64,000 nt of DNA from the NCBI GenBank assembly GCA_963808195.1, contig CAWEEW010000001.1:561130-625129 (forward strand), written 5' to 3'. Position 1 is the first letter of the stretch. Every line of letters begins with the position of its first letter. The notes under the pieces were generated by a model. The model searched no databases and was not told the DNA's origin. It worked only from the letters and a program-made list of their open reading frames with translations. A program made the translations under genes and the position numbers. Origin of the DNA: an uncultured Acidobacteriaceae bacterium. GTDB lineage: Bacteria > Acidobacteriota > Terriglobia > Terriglobales > Acidobacteriaceae. This document shows positions 38,934-48,545 of this stretch, one piece after another.

Positions 38934-40234
38934 GATACCAGCTCATCGGCGTGAATCACAAGAGCGCCCCGCTGGAAGTCCGCGAGCGCCTGGCGATTCC
39001 TGAGTCGCGCCTACCCGATTGCTGCCGCGATCTTACCGCTCATCCCGGAATCGAGGAGGGCATGATCATCTCCACCTGCAATCGCGTGGAAATGATCACC
39101 CATACCAGCAATGGCTTGGCCGACCTGCGCGGATTTCTCCACCAGCACTTTGACCTCAAAGCGGAAGATCTCGCCCCGCACCTGTATGAGTTCCGCGAGA
39201 AAGATGCCGTACGGCACGTCTTCCGCGTGGCTTCCAGTCTCGATTCGATGGTCGTCGGCGAAGCCCAGATTCTCGGCCAGGTGAAAGAGGCTTATGCCAC
39301 CGCCCGCGCCGTCGGCTCGGTTCGCGGACAGCTCGATCAGCTCTTCACACGCGCGTTTGCCGTCGCCAAGCGTGTTCGGACAGAAACCGCGGTGGGATCG
39401 TCTTCGGTTTCCATCGCCTCGGTCGCGGTCGAGCTCGCCAAAAAGATTTTCGGAAGCCTTGAAGGCAAGACCGTATTCATCGTGGGCGCGGGCAAGATGA
39501 GCGAACTCGCCGCCCGCCATCTGATGGCTCATGGCTGCGCGTCCATCTTCGTTTCGAATCGAACCTATGACCGCGCCGTCGGCCTCGCACAGAGGTTCAA
39601 CGGCCAAGCCATCATGTTTGACGATCTCTACAACTCCTGCGACAAGGCCGATATCGTCATTACTTCAACCGGATCGCCGCACGCCATTTTCCGCCGCGAG
39701 CACGGCGAGCAGTTTCTCAGCCGCCGCAAGAACAAGCCGATGTTCTTCATCGACATCGCCGTGCCCCGCGACGTGTCGCCCGAAATGGCCAAGCTCGACG
39801 GCATCTTTGCCTACGACATCGACGATCTGCAACAGGCCGTCACCAGCCACGTCGCCGACCGCCGCAAAGAAGCCGAACTCGCCGAAGACATCATCACCAG
39901 CGAAGTCGAACGCTTTGAAGCCAAACTCCACACGCTCGATGTGGTGCCGACGATTGTCAGTTTGCAGGACCATCTGGAAACCATTCGCCAGGCAGAAATC
40001 GACCGCGTACGCAGCCGCATGGGCCCGTTGACGCCGGAGCAGGAAATGGCCGTCGAAGCCCTGACTCGCGGCATCATCAACAAAGTCATGCACACCCCGA
40101 TCACCACGTTAAAGACGGCGGCGCGTGAGTCCGAAGCCACCACTGTGATTGATGTGGTGCGGAGGCTCTTCAATCTGCACGAAAAAGAATCCACTGCGCA
40201 GAAGAAAAAGGACGAAATAGGGACAAGCCACTAA
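38930..40234 (+). CDS. hemA: Glutamyl-tRNA reductase
   Basis: ORF from 38780. ATG 38930 gives MRYQLIGVNHKSAPLEVRERLA, STCNRVE catalytic Cys and NADPH site GAGKMSEL. Confidence 0.95.
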   Translation: MRYQLIGVNHKSAPLEVRERLAIPESRLPDCCRDLTAHPGIEEGMIISTCNRVEMITHTSNGLADLRGFLHQHFDLKAEDLAPHLYEFREKDAVRHVFRVASSLDSMVVGEAQILGQVKEAYATARAVGSVRGQLDQLFTRAFAVAKRVRTETAVGSSSVSIASVAVELAKKIFGSLEGKTVFIVGAGKMSELAARHLMAHGCASIFVSNRTYDRAVGLAQRFNGQAIMFDDLYNSCDKADIVITSTGSPHAIFRREHGEQFLSRRKNKPMFFIDIAVPRDVSPEMAKLDGIFAYDIDDLQQAVTSHVADRRKEAELAEDIITSEVERFEAKLHTLDVVPTIVSLQDHLETIRQAEIDRVRSRMGPLTPEQEMAVEALTRGIINKVMHTPITTLKTAARESEATTVIDVVRRLFNLHEKESTAQKKKDEIGTSH

Positions 40235-40265
40235 TGCCCGCATTTCCCCGCACCCTCATAGAGTC

Positions 40266-40329
40266 CTGTCATCCTGAACGGAGCATTTCGATGCACGAAG
40301 TGCATCGAAATACGAAGTCGAAGGATCCC
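40266..40329 (+). repeat. GTCATCCTGAGCG...AAGGATCC hairpin repeat, copy 2
   Basis: CTGTCATCCTGAACGGAGC-ATTTCGATGCAC-gaa-GTGCATCGAAAT-acgaagtcGAAGGATCCC, with a 12-bp internal stem. A spurious 60-aa ORF here reads ...SCHPERS... Confidence 0.6.
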
Positions 40330-40409
40330 TATCACATGCGAGCCGCCTTCGGCTTAGTAGGGCGTTTCCAAAAACGAACAACTGACCATACACGTGTCGT
40401 TACGGTGCT

Positions 40410-41351
40410 ATGCTAATGCCTAAGCTCCGCATCGGCTCCCGTGGCTCCCAACTCGCCCTCTGGCAAGCTAACCACATCTCCGCGCTTCTCCGTGCGCGCG
40501 GCCACGAAGTTGAAATCGAAATCATCCAAACCACCGGCGACAAGATCACCGATGTCGCCCTGGCGATGGTCGGCACCAAGGGCATGTTTACCAAAGAGAT
40601 CGAAGAAGCCCTCGCCGCCGGCCGCGTCGATCTCGCCGTGCATTCCTTAAAAGACTTGCCCACCGATCTTCCCCCAGGATTCGAAATCGCCGCCATCACC
40701 GAACGCCAAGACCCACGCGACGCCTTCTGCTCGCGGTTTTATTCGCAGATCGAAGACCTGCCGCAAGGCGCGCGCGTGGGCACGTCCAGTCTGCGCCGCC
40801 AAGCACAACTCAAGGCCATCCGCCCCGATCTCGATATTCACCCCCTGCGCGGCAACGTCGACACTCGGCTGCGCAAGCTCGAGCAAGGCGAATACGATGC
40901 CATCATCCTTGCTTCCGCCGGCCTGAAGCGTCTGGGCAAGACGGAGCTGATCAAGCAGATTATCCCCACCGAAATCATGTGCCCTGCCGCGGGACAAGGC
41001 GCGCTCGGCATCGAAATTCGCGAAGGCGACGGAGCCATTCGGCAGCACCTCGAGTTCCTGAATGACCCTGCCGCCCGTGCCGCCACCACTTGCGAACGAG
41101 CGCTGCTCAACCGCCTCAGCGGAGGCTGCCAAGTCCCCATTGGCGCTTTTGCAGAAATGCACAATGGAAAGCTTCATCTCGAAGCAATCGTCGCCGATCC
41201 CGACGGCTCGAAGCTCCTGCGCGAATCCCGTGACGGAGATGATCCTGAACAACTTGGCAACGAAGTCGGAGACATTTTGCTCCGCCGCGGCGGCGACGAA
41301 ATCCTCGAAGCCGTCTATGGCTGCGGTCTCGCCGTTCCGCCCCAACCGTGA
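40410..41351 (+). CDS. hemC: Hydroxymethylbilane synthase (porphobilinogen deaminase)
   Basis: [19 protein letters not shown] and GTSSLRR motifs, and the cofactor Cys (GGCQVPIG). Alternative start at 40416. Confidence 0.95.
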   Translation: MLMPKLRIGSRGSQLALWQANHISALLRARGHEVEIEIIQTTGDKITDVALAMVGTKGMFTKEIEEALAAGRVDLAVHSLKDLPTDLPPGFEIAAITERQDPRDAFCSRFYSQIEDLPQGARVGTSSLRRQAQLKAIRPDLDIHPLRGNVDTRLRKLEQGEYDAIILASAGLKRLGKTELIKQIIPTEIMCPAAGQGALGIEIREGDGAIRQHLEFLNDPAARAATTCERALLNRLSGGCQVPIGAFAEMHNGKLHLEAIVADPDGSKLLRESRDGDDPEQLGNEVGDILLRRGGDEILEAVYGCGLAVPPQP

Positions 41352-41358
41352 ATCCCAA

Positions 41359-41865
41359 ATGAAGAGCGGCAGCGTTCTCCTGCAACTCCTCGGCGGCACC
41401 AAGAGTTCTCATGCCCTTCGCCGCTGGATCAACTTCTGGCCGCCGTTTCTCGGAGCGGGCATTCGAGTGAAGCACATCGCACCGGACATGAAGGCCGTCG
41501 ACGTCGAGATGAAGCTGCGCTGGTGGAATGCCAACTACGTCGGCACGCATTTTGGCGGATCGCTCTTTGCCATGACCGACGCTTTCTATATGCTCATGGT
41601 GATGGCGAATCTTGGCCGCGATTACATCGTGTGGGATAAAGCGGCGAAAATCCGCTACAGAAAGCCGGGCCGGGGAACTGTGCGTGCGGAGTTTCGCCTC
41701 TCGGATAGCCAGATTGAGGACATTCGCGAGAAACTGAAGACGCTGCCGAAGTACGAACCAGTTTTCTCCGTCGAGGTAAAAGATGTAGACGGAGTTGTGA
41801 TCGCCGAAGTCGAGAAAATGTTACACGTGCGCTTGAAGCAACCAGCTGGGCCGCCAGAAAGTTAA
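41359..41865 (+). CDS. DUF4442-like hotdog-fold (thioesterase-like) protein
   Basis: ORF from 41062 overlaps hemC. ATG 41359 gives MKSGSVLLQLLGG...NANYVGTHFGGSLFAMTDAFYMLM. Family assignment is from memory, with moderate certainty. Confidence 0.55.
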   Translation: MKSGSVLLQLLGGTKSSHALRRWINFWPPFLGAGIRVKHIAPDMKAVDVEMKLRWWNANYVGTHFGGSLFAMTDAFYMLMVMANLGRDYIVWDKAAKIRYRKPGRGTVRAEFRLSDSQIEDIREKLKTLPKYEPVFSVEVKDVDGVVIAEVEKMLHVRLKQPAGPPES

Positions 41866-41877
41866 GAGAATCAACCT

Positions 41878-42543
41878 GTGTATATTCCCGAACATTTTCG
41901 CTTGCGCCACGACGCCGACGCGCTCACATTCATGCGCTCGAATCCCTTTGCCATCCTCATCTCAACCACCGGCGACGGCCCTTATGCCACGCACCTTCCG
42001 CTTTTTGTTCGGACTGAAGAAAGCGCGCTTCAGACGGAAGAACACAAGGTTTTTCTCCGAGGCCATGTGGCAAAGGCCAACCCACACTGGCGATATCTCG
42101 AACAGCAGCCTCAATGCATGACGATTTTTCATGGCCCGCACTCTTACATCTCGCCCAGCAATTACGTCGCGCGTGAAAGCGTTCCCACCTGGAACTATGC
42201 TGCCGTGCACGTTTATGGAAACGCGCGCCTTTTCTCGTCGCTGGAAGAGTTGCATCAGATGCTCGACGAGTTGATAGGATCCTTCGAGCCTGCGTATCGC
42301 GAGCAGTGGGAGGGTCTGAGCCCTAAGTTTCGCGACAACATGCTGCGGCAGATCGTGGGTTTCGAAATCGCTGCTACCAAAATCGAGGTCCAGTTCAAGC
42401 TCAGCCAGAACCACACCCGACAAGATCAGGCGAACGTGATCACGTCTCTTGGGAAATCGGATGATTCGGCTGTGTCAGGAGTATCTCGCATGATGAAAGA
42501 GCAGGGCCTCGGCCGGGTTACACCCGACAAGCATGGCGAATGA
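41878..42543 (+). CDS. paiB: FMN-binding negative transcriptional regulator, PaiB family
   Basis: GTG start. MYIPEHFR..., GHVAKANPHW, PTWNYAAVHVYG and FKLSQN are PaiB signatures. Confidence 0.8.
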   Translation: MYIPEHFRLRHDADALTFMRSNPFAILISTTGDGPYATHLPLFVRTEESALQTEEHKVFLRGHVAKANPHWRYLEQQPQCMTIFHGPHSYISPSNYVARESVPTWNYAAVHVYGNARLFSSLEELHQMLDELIGSFEPAYREQWEGLSPKFRDNMLRQIVGFEIAATKIEVQFKLSQNHTRQDQANVITSLGKSDDSAVSGVSRMMKEQGLGRVTPDKHGE

Positions 42544-42585
42544 GTTCATAGGGGACGGACGTACGCCTGTGCGCCGATTCTATTG

Positions 42586-43461
42586 ATGAATAAGAAAGGG
42601 AAATCAGCGAAGAGATCTCCACTAAGCGGCGTTCGCGTGCTAGTCGGTCGCGCCCGGCATCAGGCCGGAGCGCTCTCCAGCGAACTGCGCAAGCTTGGCG
42701 CGACGGTGCTTGAGATTCCATTTATCGAAATTCGCAAGCCGCAGTCGTTCAAACCTCTCGACTCAGCGATCAAGAATCTTGCTCAATACGACTGGCTCAT
42801 CCTTACCAGCGCCAACGGAGTCGAGGCCATGTGGGAGCGCATGGACAAGCTGAACCTGGAGTTTCCCGCGGTTCGGGAAGCGCACGAGGCGTCTCCTTTT
42901 GCGGGCTTAACGGCTGCTTCAGCCGCTTGGGGCCTCCGCATCGCCGCCATCGGCCCGGCTACGAAGAAAGCCATTGAAAAGCGCGGGGTAAAGGTAGATG
43001 TGGTCCCCAAGGAATACGTAGCCGAGTCGGTGGTGCGCAGCTTGCGGCGACGCGTGAAGGGCAAACGTGTCCTGCTGGTTCGCGCCAAAGTTGCTCGTGA
43101 TGTGATTCCGCGGGAACTGCGCCAAGCCGGAGCGAATGTCGATGTTGTTGAGGCTTACGAAACCGTCGTGCCGGAATCTTCGCGCACACGCTTGCAGGCT
43201 GCCCTGAAAAATCCGAGGCGGCGTCCGCATATTGTTACTTTTACCAGTTCATCCACAGTCAAGAGCTTCGTGGAGCTGCTCGGTCCCCACGGAAAGCGGG
43301 CAAGCGTGAACGGAATCCTGACGGCTTCCATCGGGCCAGTCACATCTTCTACGTTGCGCGGGTTGGACCTCGCCGTCGACATCGCAGCCAAAGAATTCAC
43401 CATCCCTGGACTGGTCGCGGCTATCGTCGCGGGTATGCGGGCGCGCGGTATTACTCAGTGA
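42586..43461 (+). CDS. hemD: Uroporphyrinogen-III synthase
   Basis: VLVGRARHQAGALSSELRKLGATVLEIP...YDWLILTSANGV...VTFTSSSTV is the HemD pattern. Contains an internal insertion of roughly 30 aa. Confidence 0.85.
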   Translation: MNKKGKSAKRSPLSGVRVLVGRARHQAGALSSELRKLGATVLEIPFIEIRKPQSFKPLDSAIKNLAQYDWLILTSANGVEAMWERMDKLNLEFPAVREAHEASPFAGLTAASAAWGLRIAAIGPATKKAIEKRGVKVDVVPKEYVAESVVRSLRRRVKGKRVLLVRAKVARDVIPRELRQAGANVDVVEAYETVVPESSRTRLQAALKNPRRRPHIVTFTSSSTVKSFVELLGPHGKRASVNGILTASIGPVTSSTLRGLDLAVDIAAKEFTIPGLVAAIVAGMRARGITQ

Positions 43462-45439
43462 GCGAACAACTGCAATCCGCCGGCACCACGTGCGCCAGCA
43501 AAAAATCGGCTACGCGTTTGTAGGCGTCGATCTGGTTCTCCACCCGCGCGAAGCCGTGGCCTTCGTTTTCATAAATTTTGTAGTCGACCGTGCCGCCGCG
43601 TTTCTTAATCGCATCGACCACTTGCTGCGTTTCTGATTTCGGACAGCGCGGATCGTGCCCCCCGGCCAGCAACAACAATGGCGCTTTGATCTGATCGACG
43701 AAGTTGATCGGAGAGCGGTCTTCATACAACGCTTTATTCTTCACCACATCTCCCATGGTCGCGAGATCAGACTGCTGCAGCACGGGATCTTCATTTTCGA
43801 TCTCGGTAAACCAGTTAACGAAGGGCACGATGGGAACTCCCGCGGCCCAAACATCGGGGGCTTTCGTCACCGACATCATGCTGAGGTAGCCGCCATAGCT
43901 CCCACCCATCACAGCGATCTTCTTCGGATCAAGATGACCGGTTTGTTTGATCCAATCGACTCCGGCCAGCACATCCTGTAAATCGCCGCCTCCCATGTCG
44001 AACAAATTCGCCTGCTGAAATTCTTTTCCGTATCCGGTTGAGCCGCGATAGTTGGGCGCGAGCACCATGTATCCCTGATTTGTCGCGTACTGGATAAAGC
44101 GGTTGAAGGAATTCATGGTTTGCGAAGTCGGCCCGCCGTGAATGTAAACGATGGCCGCGTTCTGCCCATTGCGCGCCATGTTGAAGGGCACGTAGAGAAA
44201 ACCTGAGATAGTCCACTTACCGTCGCGGCTGGGATAGTGCACCAGATAAGGCTCAACCATGTCTTCTGCACGCACGCCCGCGACGAGCGAGTGCGTGACC
44301 TGATGCGATTTGCCGGTTGCCAGCGTATAAATCCAAAGATCGCCGGGAGCGGTTGGGCCGTTGTGGTAATAAAGTAAGTGCGATGCGTCTTTGGTGAACG
44401 CAGACTGCCCGCCGGCCGGCTCATTCACGCCTTTCGGAATTGGCAGCGCGGTCGATTTGCCGGTCGCAAGATCGTAGAAGTAAATATCTTCATTGCCGTC
44501 GACGTTGGCGCTGAAGATGATGCGCTTGCCATCAGGAGAGAACTCGCGGCTCCGAATCTCCCATTTGTCTTTGGTCAGCCACGAGAGTTTCTTCGTCGAA
44601 ACCTCGAGCAGGCCAATATTCTCATAGCCGTTGTCAGCATTCGAACTGAAAAGAATGTGCTTGCCGTCTGGAGAGATATCGTCAGCGGAATAACGCTGCT
44701 CGCCTTCGTGGGGCGTCAGTAAGGTGCTATTCCCAGCAGCAACATCCGCAATAAAAATATTCGAATCCGTCCCCTTCGCCTGCTCCTGCGTGTAGACGAT
44801 GTACTTGCCATCTTTCGACCAGATCAGGCCATAGTTTCCCTTATCCTGCGGTGTGCCGGTCGTAAGGTGTTTGATCTCGCGCATTGCCATGTCGTATACG
44901 TCGATCTCGTAGGCCGCCGAGGTTTTCGGTTTCACCTCGTAGGCCAAATACCGTCCATCCGGCGACCACGTGGGATTCATTTCCGCGATTTCGCGTGTGC
45001 TGGTGAGGTTTACCACTTTGCCGGTCTTTGGCGAGACCAGAAAAATGTCCCACTGCTCATCGCCGTCGTAATCGGATTGATAGGCGATCCATTTGCCATC
45101 GGGCGACCATGCGGGCGCGGTCTGGCGTTGGTCGCTGACCGTGAGTTGTACCGGCCATCCGCCTTCAGCGGGGACGAGCCAGAGGTTATTGCGCCCGCTC
45201 ATGTTGGAGATGAACGCGATGTTCTTGCCGTCGGGCGACCATGTGGCACGGCCGACCTGGCGCGTCATAAAAAGCTTCTCTATTGTCAAGCTGCGCGGCT
45301 CGACTTGTGCGTTCGGTTTGGAAGCGACTTGCTTGGGGTCGGTGACAGCTGAGGGCACGGAGAGCGTTTGCGCAACAATAGTTTCGGTCAAAACGGTGCT
45401 CATGAGTATGACGATAGCAAAGAGTGCGAAGGTGCGCAT
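43451..45439 (-). CDS. S9 family serine peptidase (prolyl oligopeptidase/dipeptidyl peptidase type) with TolB-like beta-propeller
   Basis: Signal peptide, repeated WSPDG blades, and a catalytic domain with GGSYGGY, DPRCP and EGHGF. Confidence 0.9.
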   Translation of the reverse strand: MRTFALFAIVILMSTVLTETIVAQTLSVPSAVTDPKQVASKPNAQVEPRSLTIEKLFMTRQVGRATWSPDGKNIAFISNMSGRNNLWLVPAEGGWPVQLTVSDQRQTAPAWSPDGKWIAYQSDYDGDEQWDIFLVSPKTGKVVNLTSTREIAEMNPTWSPDGRYLAYEVKPKTSAAYEIDVYDMAMREIKHLTTGTPQDKGNYGLIWSKDGKYIVYTQEQAKGTDSNIFIADVAAGNSTLLTPHEGEQRYSADDISPDGKHILFSSNADNGYENIGLLEVSTKKLSWLTKDKWEIRSREFSPDGKRIIFSANVDGNEDIYFYDLATGKSTALPIPKGVNEPAGGQSAFTKDASHLLYYHNGPTAPGDLWIYTLATGKSHQVTHSLVAGVRAEDMVEPYLVHYPSRDGKWTISGFLYVPFNMARNGQNAAIVYIHGGPTSQTMNSFNRFIQYATNQGYMVLAPNYRGSTGYGKEFQQANLFDMGGGDLQDVLAGVDWIKQTGHLDPKKIAVMGGSYGGYLSMMSVTKAPDVWAAGVPIVPFVNWFTEIENEDPVLQQSDLATMGDVVKNKALYEDRSPINFVDQIKAPLLLLAGGHDPRCPKSETQQVVDAIKKRGGTVDYKIYENEGHGFARVENQIDAYKRVADFLLAHVVPADCSCSLTE

Positions 45440-45518
45440 TGAGCGGGATCCTTATAGAAAGGTACGAAGAGAAAGTCTAGCAGAGCATCGTTCAGCGGCG
45501 GCGCAAGCAAAACTGCAT

Positions 45519-45557
45519 CGGTCCTTCGCGCAAAGGACGCGCGCTCAGGATGACAGC
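45519..45557 (-). repeat. GTCATCCTGAGCG...AAGGA hairpin repeat, copy 3 (short, inverted orientation)
   Basis: The reverse complement reads GCTGTCATCCTGAGCGCGC-GTCCTT-tgcgcg-AAGGAC-CG. Confidence 0.5.
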
Positions 45558-45590
45558 GCAAGCTGGAGTGATAGATTTTCGTGAAACTGC

Positions 45591-46514
45591 TCAGGCTTTC
45601 GCGTCCTTGTGCATGTCCACCGTGCTCCAGGTTTTATCGGCGGCATGGCAGATATTCTCCAGCGCGCAATCCACGCATTTAGGTTTGCGGGCGATGCAGA
45701 GTTTGCGGCCGTGCCAGATGATCTGGTGAGAAAAGAGAATCCATTTCTCGCGCGGGATGATCCGCATCAAATCCTGTTCGATCTTCTGCGGGTCGCTGTT
45801 TGTCGTGAGTTCGAGGCGGCGCGAAATGCGGTGCACGTGAGTATCGACCACCACGCCTTCCGCAATCTTGAACCATGATCCCAGCACAACGTTGGCGGTT
45901 TTGCGAGCTACTCCCGGCAGCGTGAGCAGGTCCTGCATGTTGTGGGGAACCTGGCCTCCGAAATCGGCGACGATCTTCTTCGCGGCGCCGACAACCGATT
46001 TCGATTTGTTACGAAAAAAACCGGTTGAGCGGACGTCAGGCTCGAGTTGTTCGGGGGTAAGCGCCGTAAAAGCCTCAACCGTAGGATATTTGCGGAAAAG
46101 TTCCGGCGTAACACGGTTCACATTCACGTCGGTCGATTGCGCAGAAAGAATGGTCGCAACCAGCAACTCCCACGCGCTGGTATGCGTAAGGGCGCAAACA
46201 ACCTCGGGATAGAGCTGGTCTAGCCGCTTCAGAATTTCGGCGACGCGCTCGGGCGCAACGGGATTGTAACTGGAGATCGCCCTTGACTTGCGGCTCTTGG
46301 ACGCTAACGCCGCGGCTTCGCCTCGGGGACGGGCGGAGTCGCCCTTCGCCACACGAGCTTTTTTAGTTATGCCGGCACCTTTGCTTCCGCGAGACTGTTG
46401 AGGCGCTGGCTTCGCGGACAGAGCCTGCCCTGAGCCTGCCGAAGAGAGTGTCCGCGCCACACGGTCTTGGCGTCCGGTGCGGGCGGGTTGGCGGGGAGTG
46501 CGTCCTCGGGGCAT
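45591..46514 (-). CDS. nth: Endonuclease III (Nth) with a basic N-terminal extension of roughly 90 aa
   Basis: HhH-GPD core (LLTLPGVARKTANVVL), a catalytic Lys region, and a C-terminal 4Fe-4S CxxxxxxCxxC...C cluster (CIARKPKCVDCALENIC). Confidence 0.9.
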   Translation of the reverse strand: MPRGRTPRQPARTGRQDRVARTLSSAGSGQALSAKPAPQQSRGSKGAGITKKARVAKGDSARPRGEAAALASKSRKSRAISSYNPVAPERVAEILKRLDQLYPEVVCALTHTSAWELLVATILSAQSTDVNVNRVTPELFRKYPTVEAFTALTPEQLEPDVRSTGFFRNKSKSVVGAAKKIVADFGGQVPHNMQDLLTLPGVARKTANVVLGSWFKIAEGVVVDTHVHRISRRLELTTNSDPQKIEQDLMRIIPREKWILFSHQIIWHGRKLCIARKPKCVDCALENICHAADKTWSTVDMHKDAKA

Positions 46515-46618
46515 GAGGGCAACATCTTAGCAGAGACCTCGGTAACCACGCGGGCAATTGACGCGCACCATCGGCCCCGGTAGTCTGAAGCTAATATCAC
46601 TCTATTCAGGGAAGCTAC

Positions 46619-46843
46619 GTGGCCGTGAATTCGATCCAACTCGGGCAGGTCTGGCGCAGCGATGCCGACGGCCAGGACTATCTCGTCACAAAGGTCTACA
46701 GCGAGGTATTCACGCAGTATGCCATGCTGCGGCCGGCCGGGATCACCGCTCCTGACGCTCCTACCGTACGCCTCAAAGTGACTAAGACTCCGCAAGGCGC
46801 GGCGCTGCCGGGATATACGTTTACGCAGGACGGCTCATTCTAG
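46619..46843 (+). CDS. Hypothetical small protein
   Basis: 74-aa ORF with GTG start. No family recognised. Confidence 0.4.
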   Translation: MAVNSIQLGQVWRSDADGQDYLVTKVYSEVFTQYAMLRPAGITAPDAPTVRLKVTKTPQGAALPGYTFTQDGSF

Positions 46844-46883
46844 GCGCGGCCTTGCGTCGCAGATTTTCCGTTACACTTGAGTT

Positions 46884-46961
46884 CCAGTACCTGGTACCCA
46901 GTACCCAGTTTTTGGTCCGAGAGGTTTTGACTGAGTAATAGGTACTGGGTACTGGCAACTG
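46884..46961. repeat. Heptamer-built hairpin A: CCAGTAC CTGGTAC CCAGTAC CCAGTTT ... GGTACTG GGTACTG GCAACTG
   Basis: Tandem 7-nt units in exact register on both arms, read directly. The arms are mutually complementary. Confidence 0.8.
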
Positions 46962-46970
46962 CCTTTCCCA

Positions 46971-47615
46971 ATGACCGAAAAACTCCTGGCAATCATCTTC
47001 GTATTCATCAACTCCGTGATCAGCATGACCGGCTACGGAGGCGTGACGTTGCTCATGGCAATCGAGTCGGCGTGCATCCCGCTGCCTTCGGAACTGATCA
47101 TGCCATTCGCCGGCTACCTGGTCTTTACCGGCACGTTCAAGTTGCTTTGGGTTGCTACAGCCGGCGCGCTCGGATGCAACCTGGGATCGTTGGTGGCGTA
47201 CGAAATCGGATGCTATGGCGGTCGCCCGCTGGTCGAGCGTTACGGTCGCTGGATTCTGATGGGCCGCCGCGAACTCGACTGGGCCGACCGCTTTTTTCTG
47301 CGCTGGGGATATCTGGCAGTCTTCATTGGACGTCTGCTGCCGGTCATTCGAACGTTCATCGCGCTACCGGCGGGAGTCGCGCGTATGCCCCGCAGCCGGT
47401 TTCACATCTACACGTTTCTAGGTTCGTGGCCCTGGTGCCTGGGCCTGGCCTATCTCGGAATGAAGCTTGGCGAGAACTGGCGCGAGCTGGGAAAATACTT
47501 CCACAAGTTCGATGCGGTGATTGGAGCCGTGTTAGTGGTGGGTATTGCGTGGTTTGTTTGGACCCATTGGCAGAATAGAATCTCTCGTCAGACCTCAGCC
47601 GTCAGTGATCGTTAA
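46971..47615 (+). CDS. dedA: DedA family membrane protein
   Basis: VTLLMAIESACIPLPSELIMPFAGYL and the FIGRLLPVIRTFIALPAGVARM motif of the DedA/SNARE-associated family. Confidence 0.85.
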   Translation: MTEKLLAIIFVFINSVISMTGYGGVTLLMAIESACIPLPSELIMPFAGYLVFTGTFKLLWVATAGALGCNLGSLVAYEIGCYGGRPLVERYGRWILMGRRELDWADRFFLRWGYLAVFIGRLLPVIRTFIALPAGVARMPRSRFHIYTFLGSWPWCLGLAYLGMKLGENWRELGKYFHKFDAVIGAVLVVGIAWFVWTHWQNRISRQTSAVSDR

Positions 47616-47636
47616 AATCCGAGTACTTCATTCGTC

Positions 47637-48011
47637 TCAAACCCGTTTCGCCAACTGCGATCCTACGATCTGCCACCTGCCATCACGCTTCACAACCACA
47701 TCCATGTAGATGTAGCCGACAGGGAATCGGCGCCCGCCCTGCTCCACATCGTCCTCTTCCGAGCCATGGACGATCGCTACATCTTCGCTCAGCAGGCGGA
47801 TTCGCCGGCCTGTCGAGGTCATCGATAAGTATCGGATCGCTCCGGTCTTGAGATTGCCCAACACGTCTTGTTTGGTGAAGACGTCCCCCGTCTCGTCGTA
47901 TTGCAGGTAATCGTCGGCAAAGATGCGCGAGAGTTCGGCGACGTCGGCGGCGACCAGAGCACGGTCTCCATCTTCAAAAAGTTTCAGGATTTGCTGCTCG
48001 TCACTAGCCAT
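47637..48011 (-). CDS. SnoaL-like / DUF4440 (NTF2-fold) protein
   Basis: 124 aa. The pattern ...IFADDYLQYDETGDVFTKQDVL...VVKRDGRWQIV is typical of NTF2-like DUF4440. Confidence 0.75.
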   Translation of the reverse strand: MASDEQQILKLFEDGDRALVAADVAELSRIFADDYLQYDETGDVFTKQDVLGNLKTGAIRYLSMTSTGRRIRLLSEDVAIVHGSEEDDVEQGGRRFPVGYIYMDVVVKRDGRWQIVGSQLAKRV

Positions 48012-48102
48012 ATTCAGATTGTCATCCGAGAGAGCACTTTTGACCTGCGCGACTTAGTAGTGTACAAGCTAAGTCATTCCAATCGCCAAGGAGTGATTCA
48101 CC

Positions 48103-48543
48103 ATGCATCACGCTGTTGCCGCAGTTCTGTTTTTTGCTGTTGCTTTGCCCATCGTCTCTCAGGCGCAGTCTCCCGCGCCCTCCGACAAACCGTTCGTTGT
48201 CGAGTATTACTACAAAACCAAGTGGGGACACGCGGATGAATTTCTCAAATTGTTTAAGAAAAATCATTATCCCGTGCTCAAGAAAGAAATTGAGATGGGC
48301 CGTATTGCCAAGGTCTGGATGGATCAACCGCGCTACCACACGACCGAAGACGGACGCTGGGACTTCCGCGTCACCATCGTCTTCAAGAACGCAACCGTGG
48401 CCAACGAACCCTTCGATGAGGCGGCACTGCAGAAACAGATGTATCCGGATCAGGAAACCTTTCAGCGCGAAGAACAGCGGCGCTTCGAGATTCTCGATGC
48501 GCATTGGGACTTGCCGGTGAAAACCGTAGAGTTGGAGAAGTAG
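48103..48543 (+). CDS. Secreted hypothetical protein
   Basis: 146-aa ORF with signal peptide MHHAVAAVLFFAVALPIVSQAQS. No family recognised. Confidence 0.6.
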   Translation: MHHAVAAVLFFAVALPIVSQAQSPAPSDKPFVVEYYYKTKWGHADEFLKLFKKNHYPVLKKEIEMGRIAKVWMDQPRYHTTEDGRWDFRVTIVFKNATVANEPFDEAALQKQMYPDQETFQREEQRRFEILDAHWDLPVKTVELEK

Positions 48544-48545
48544 TC

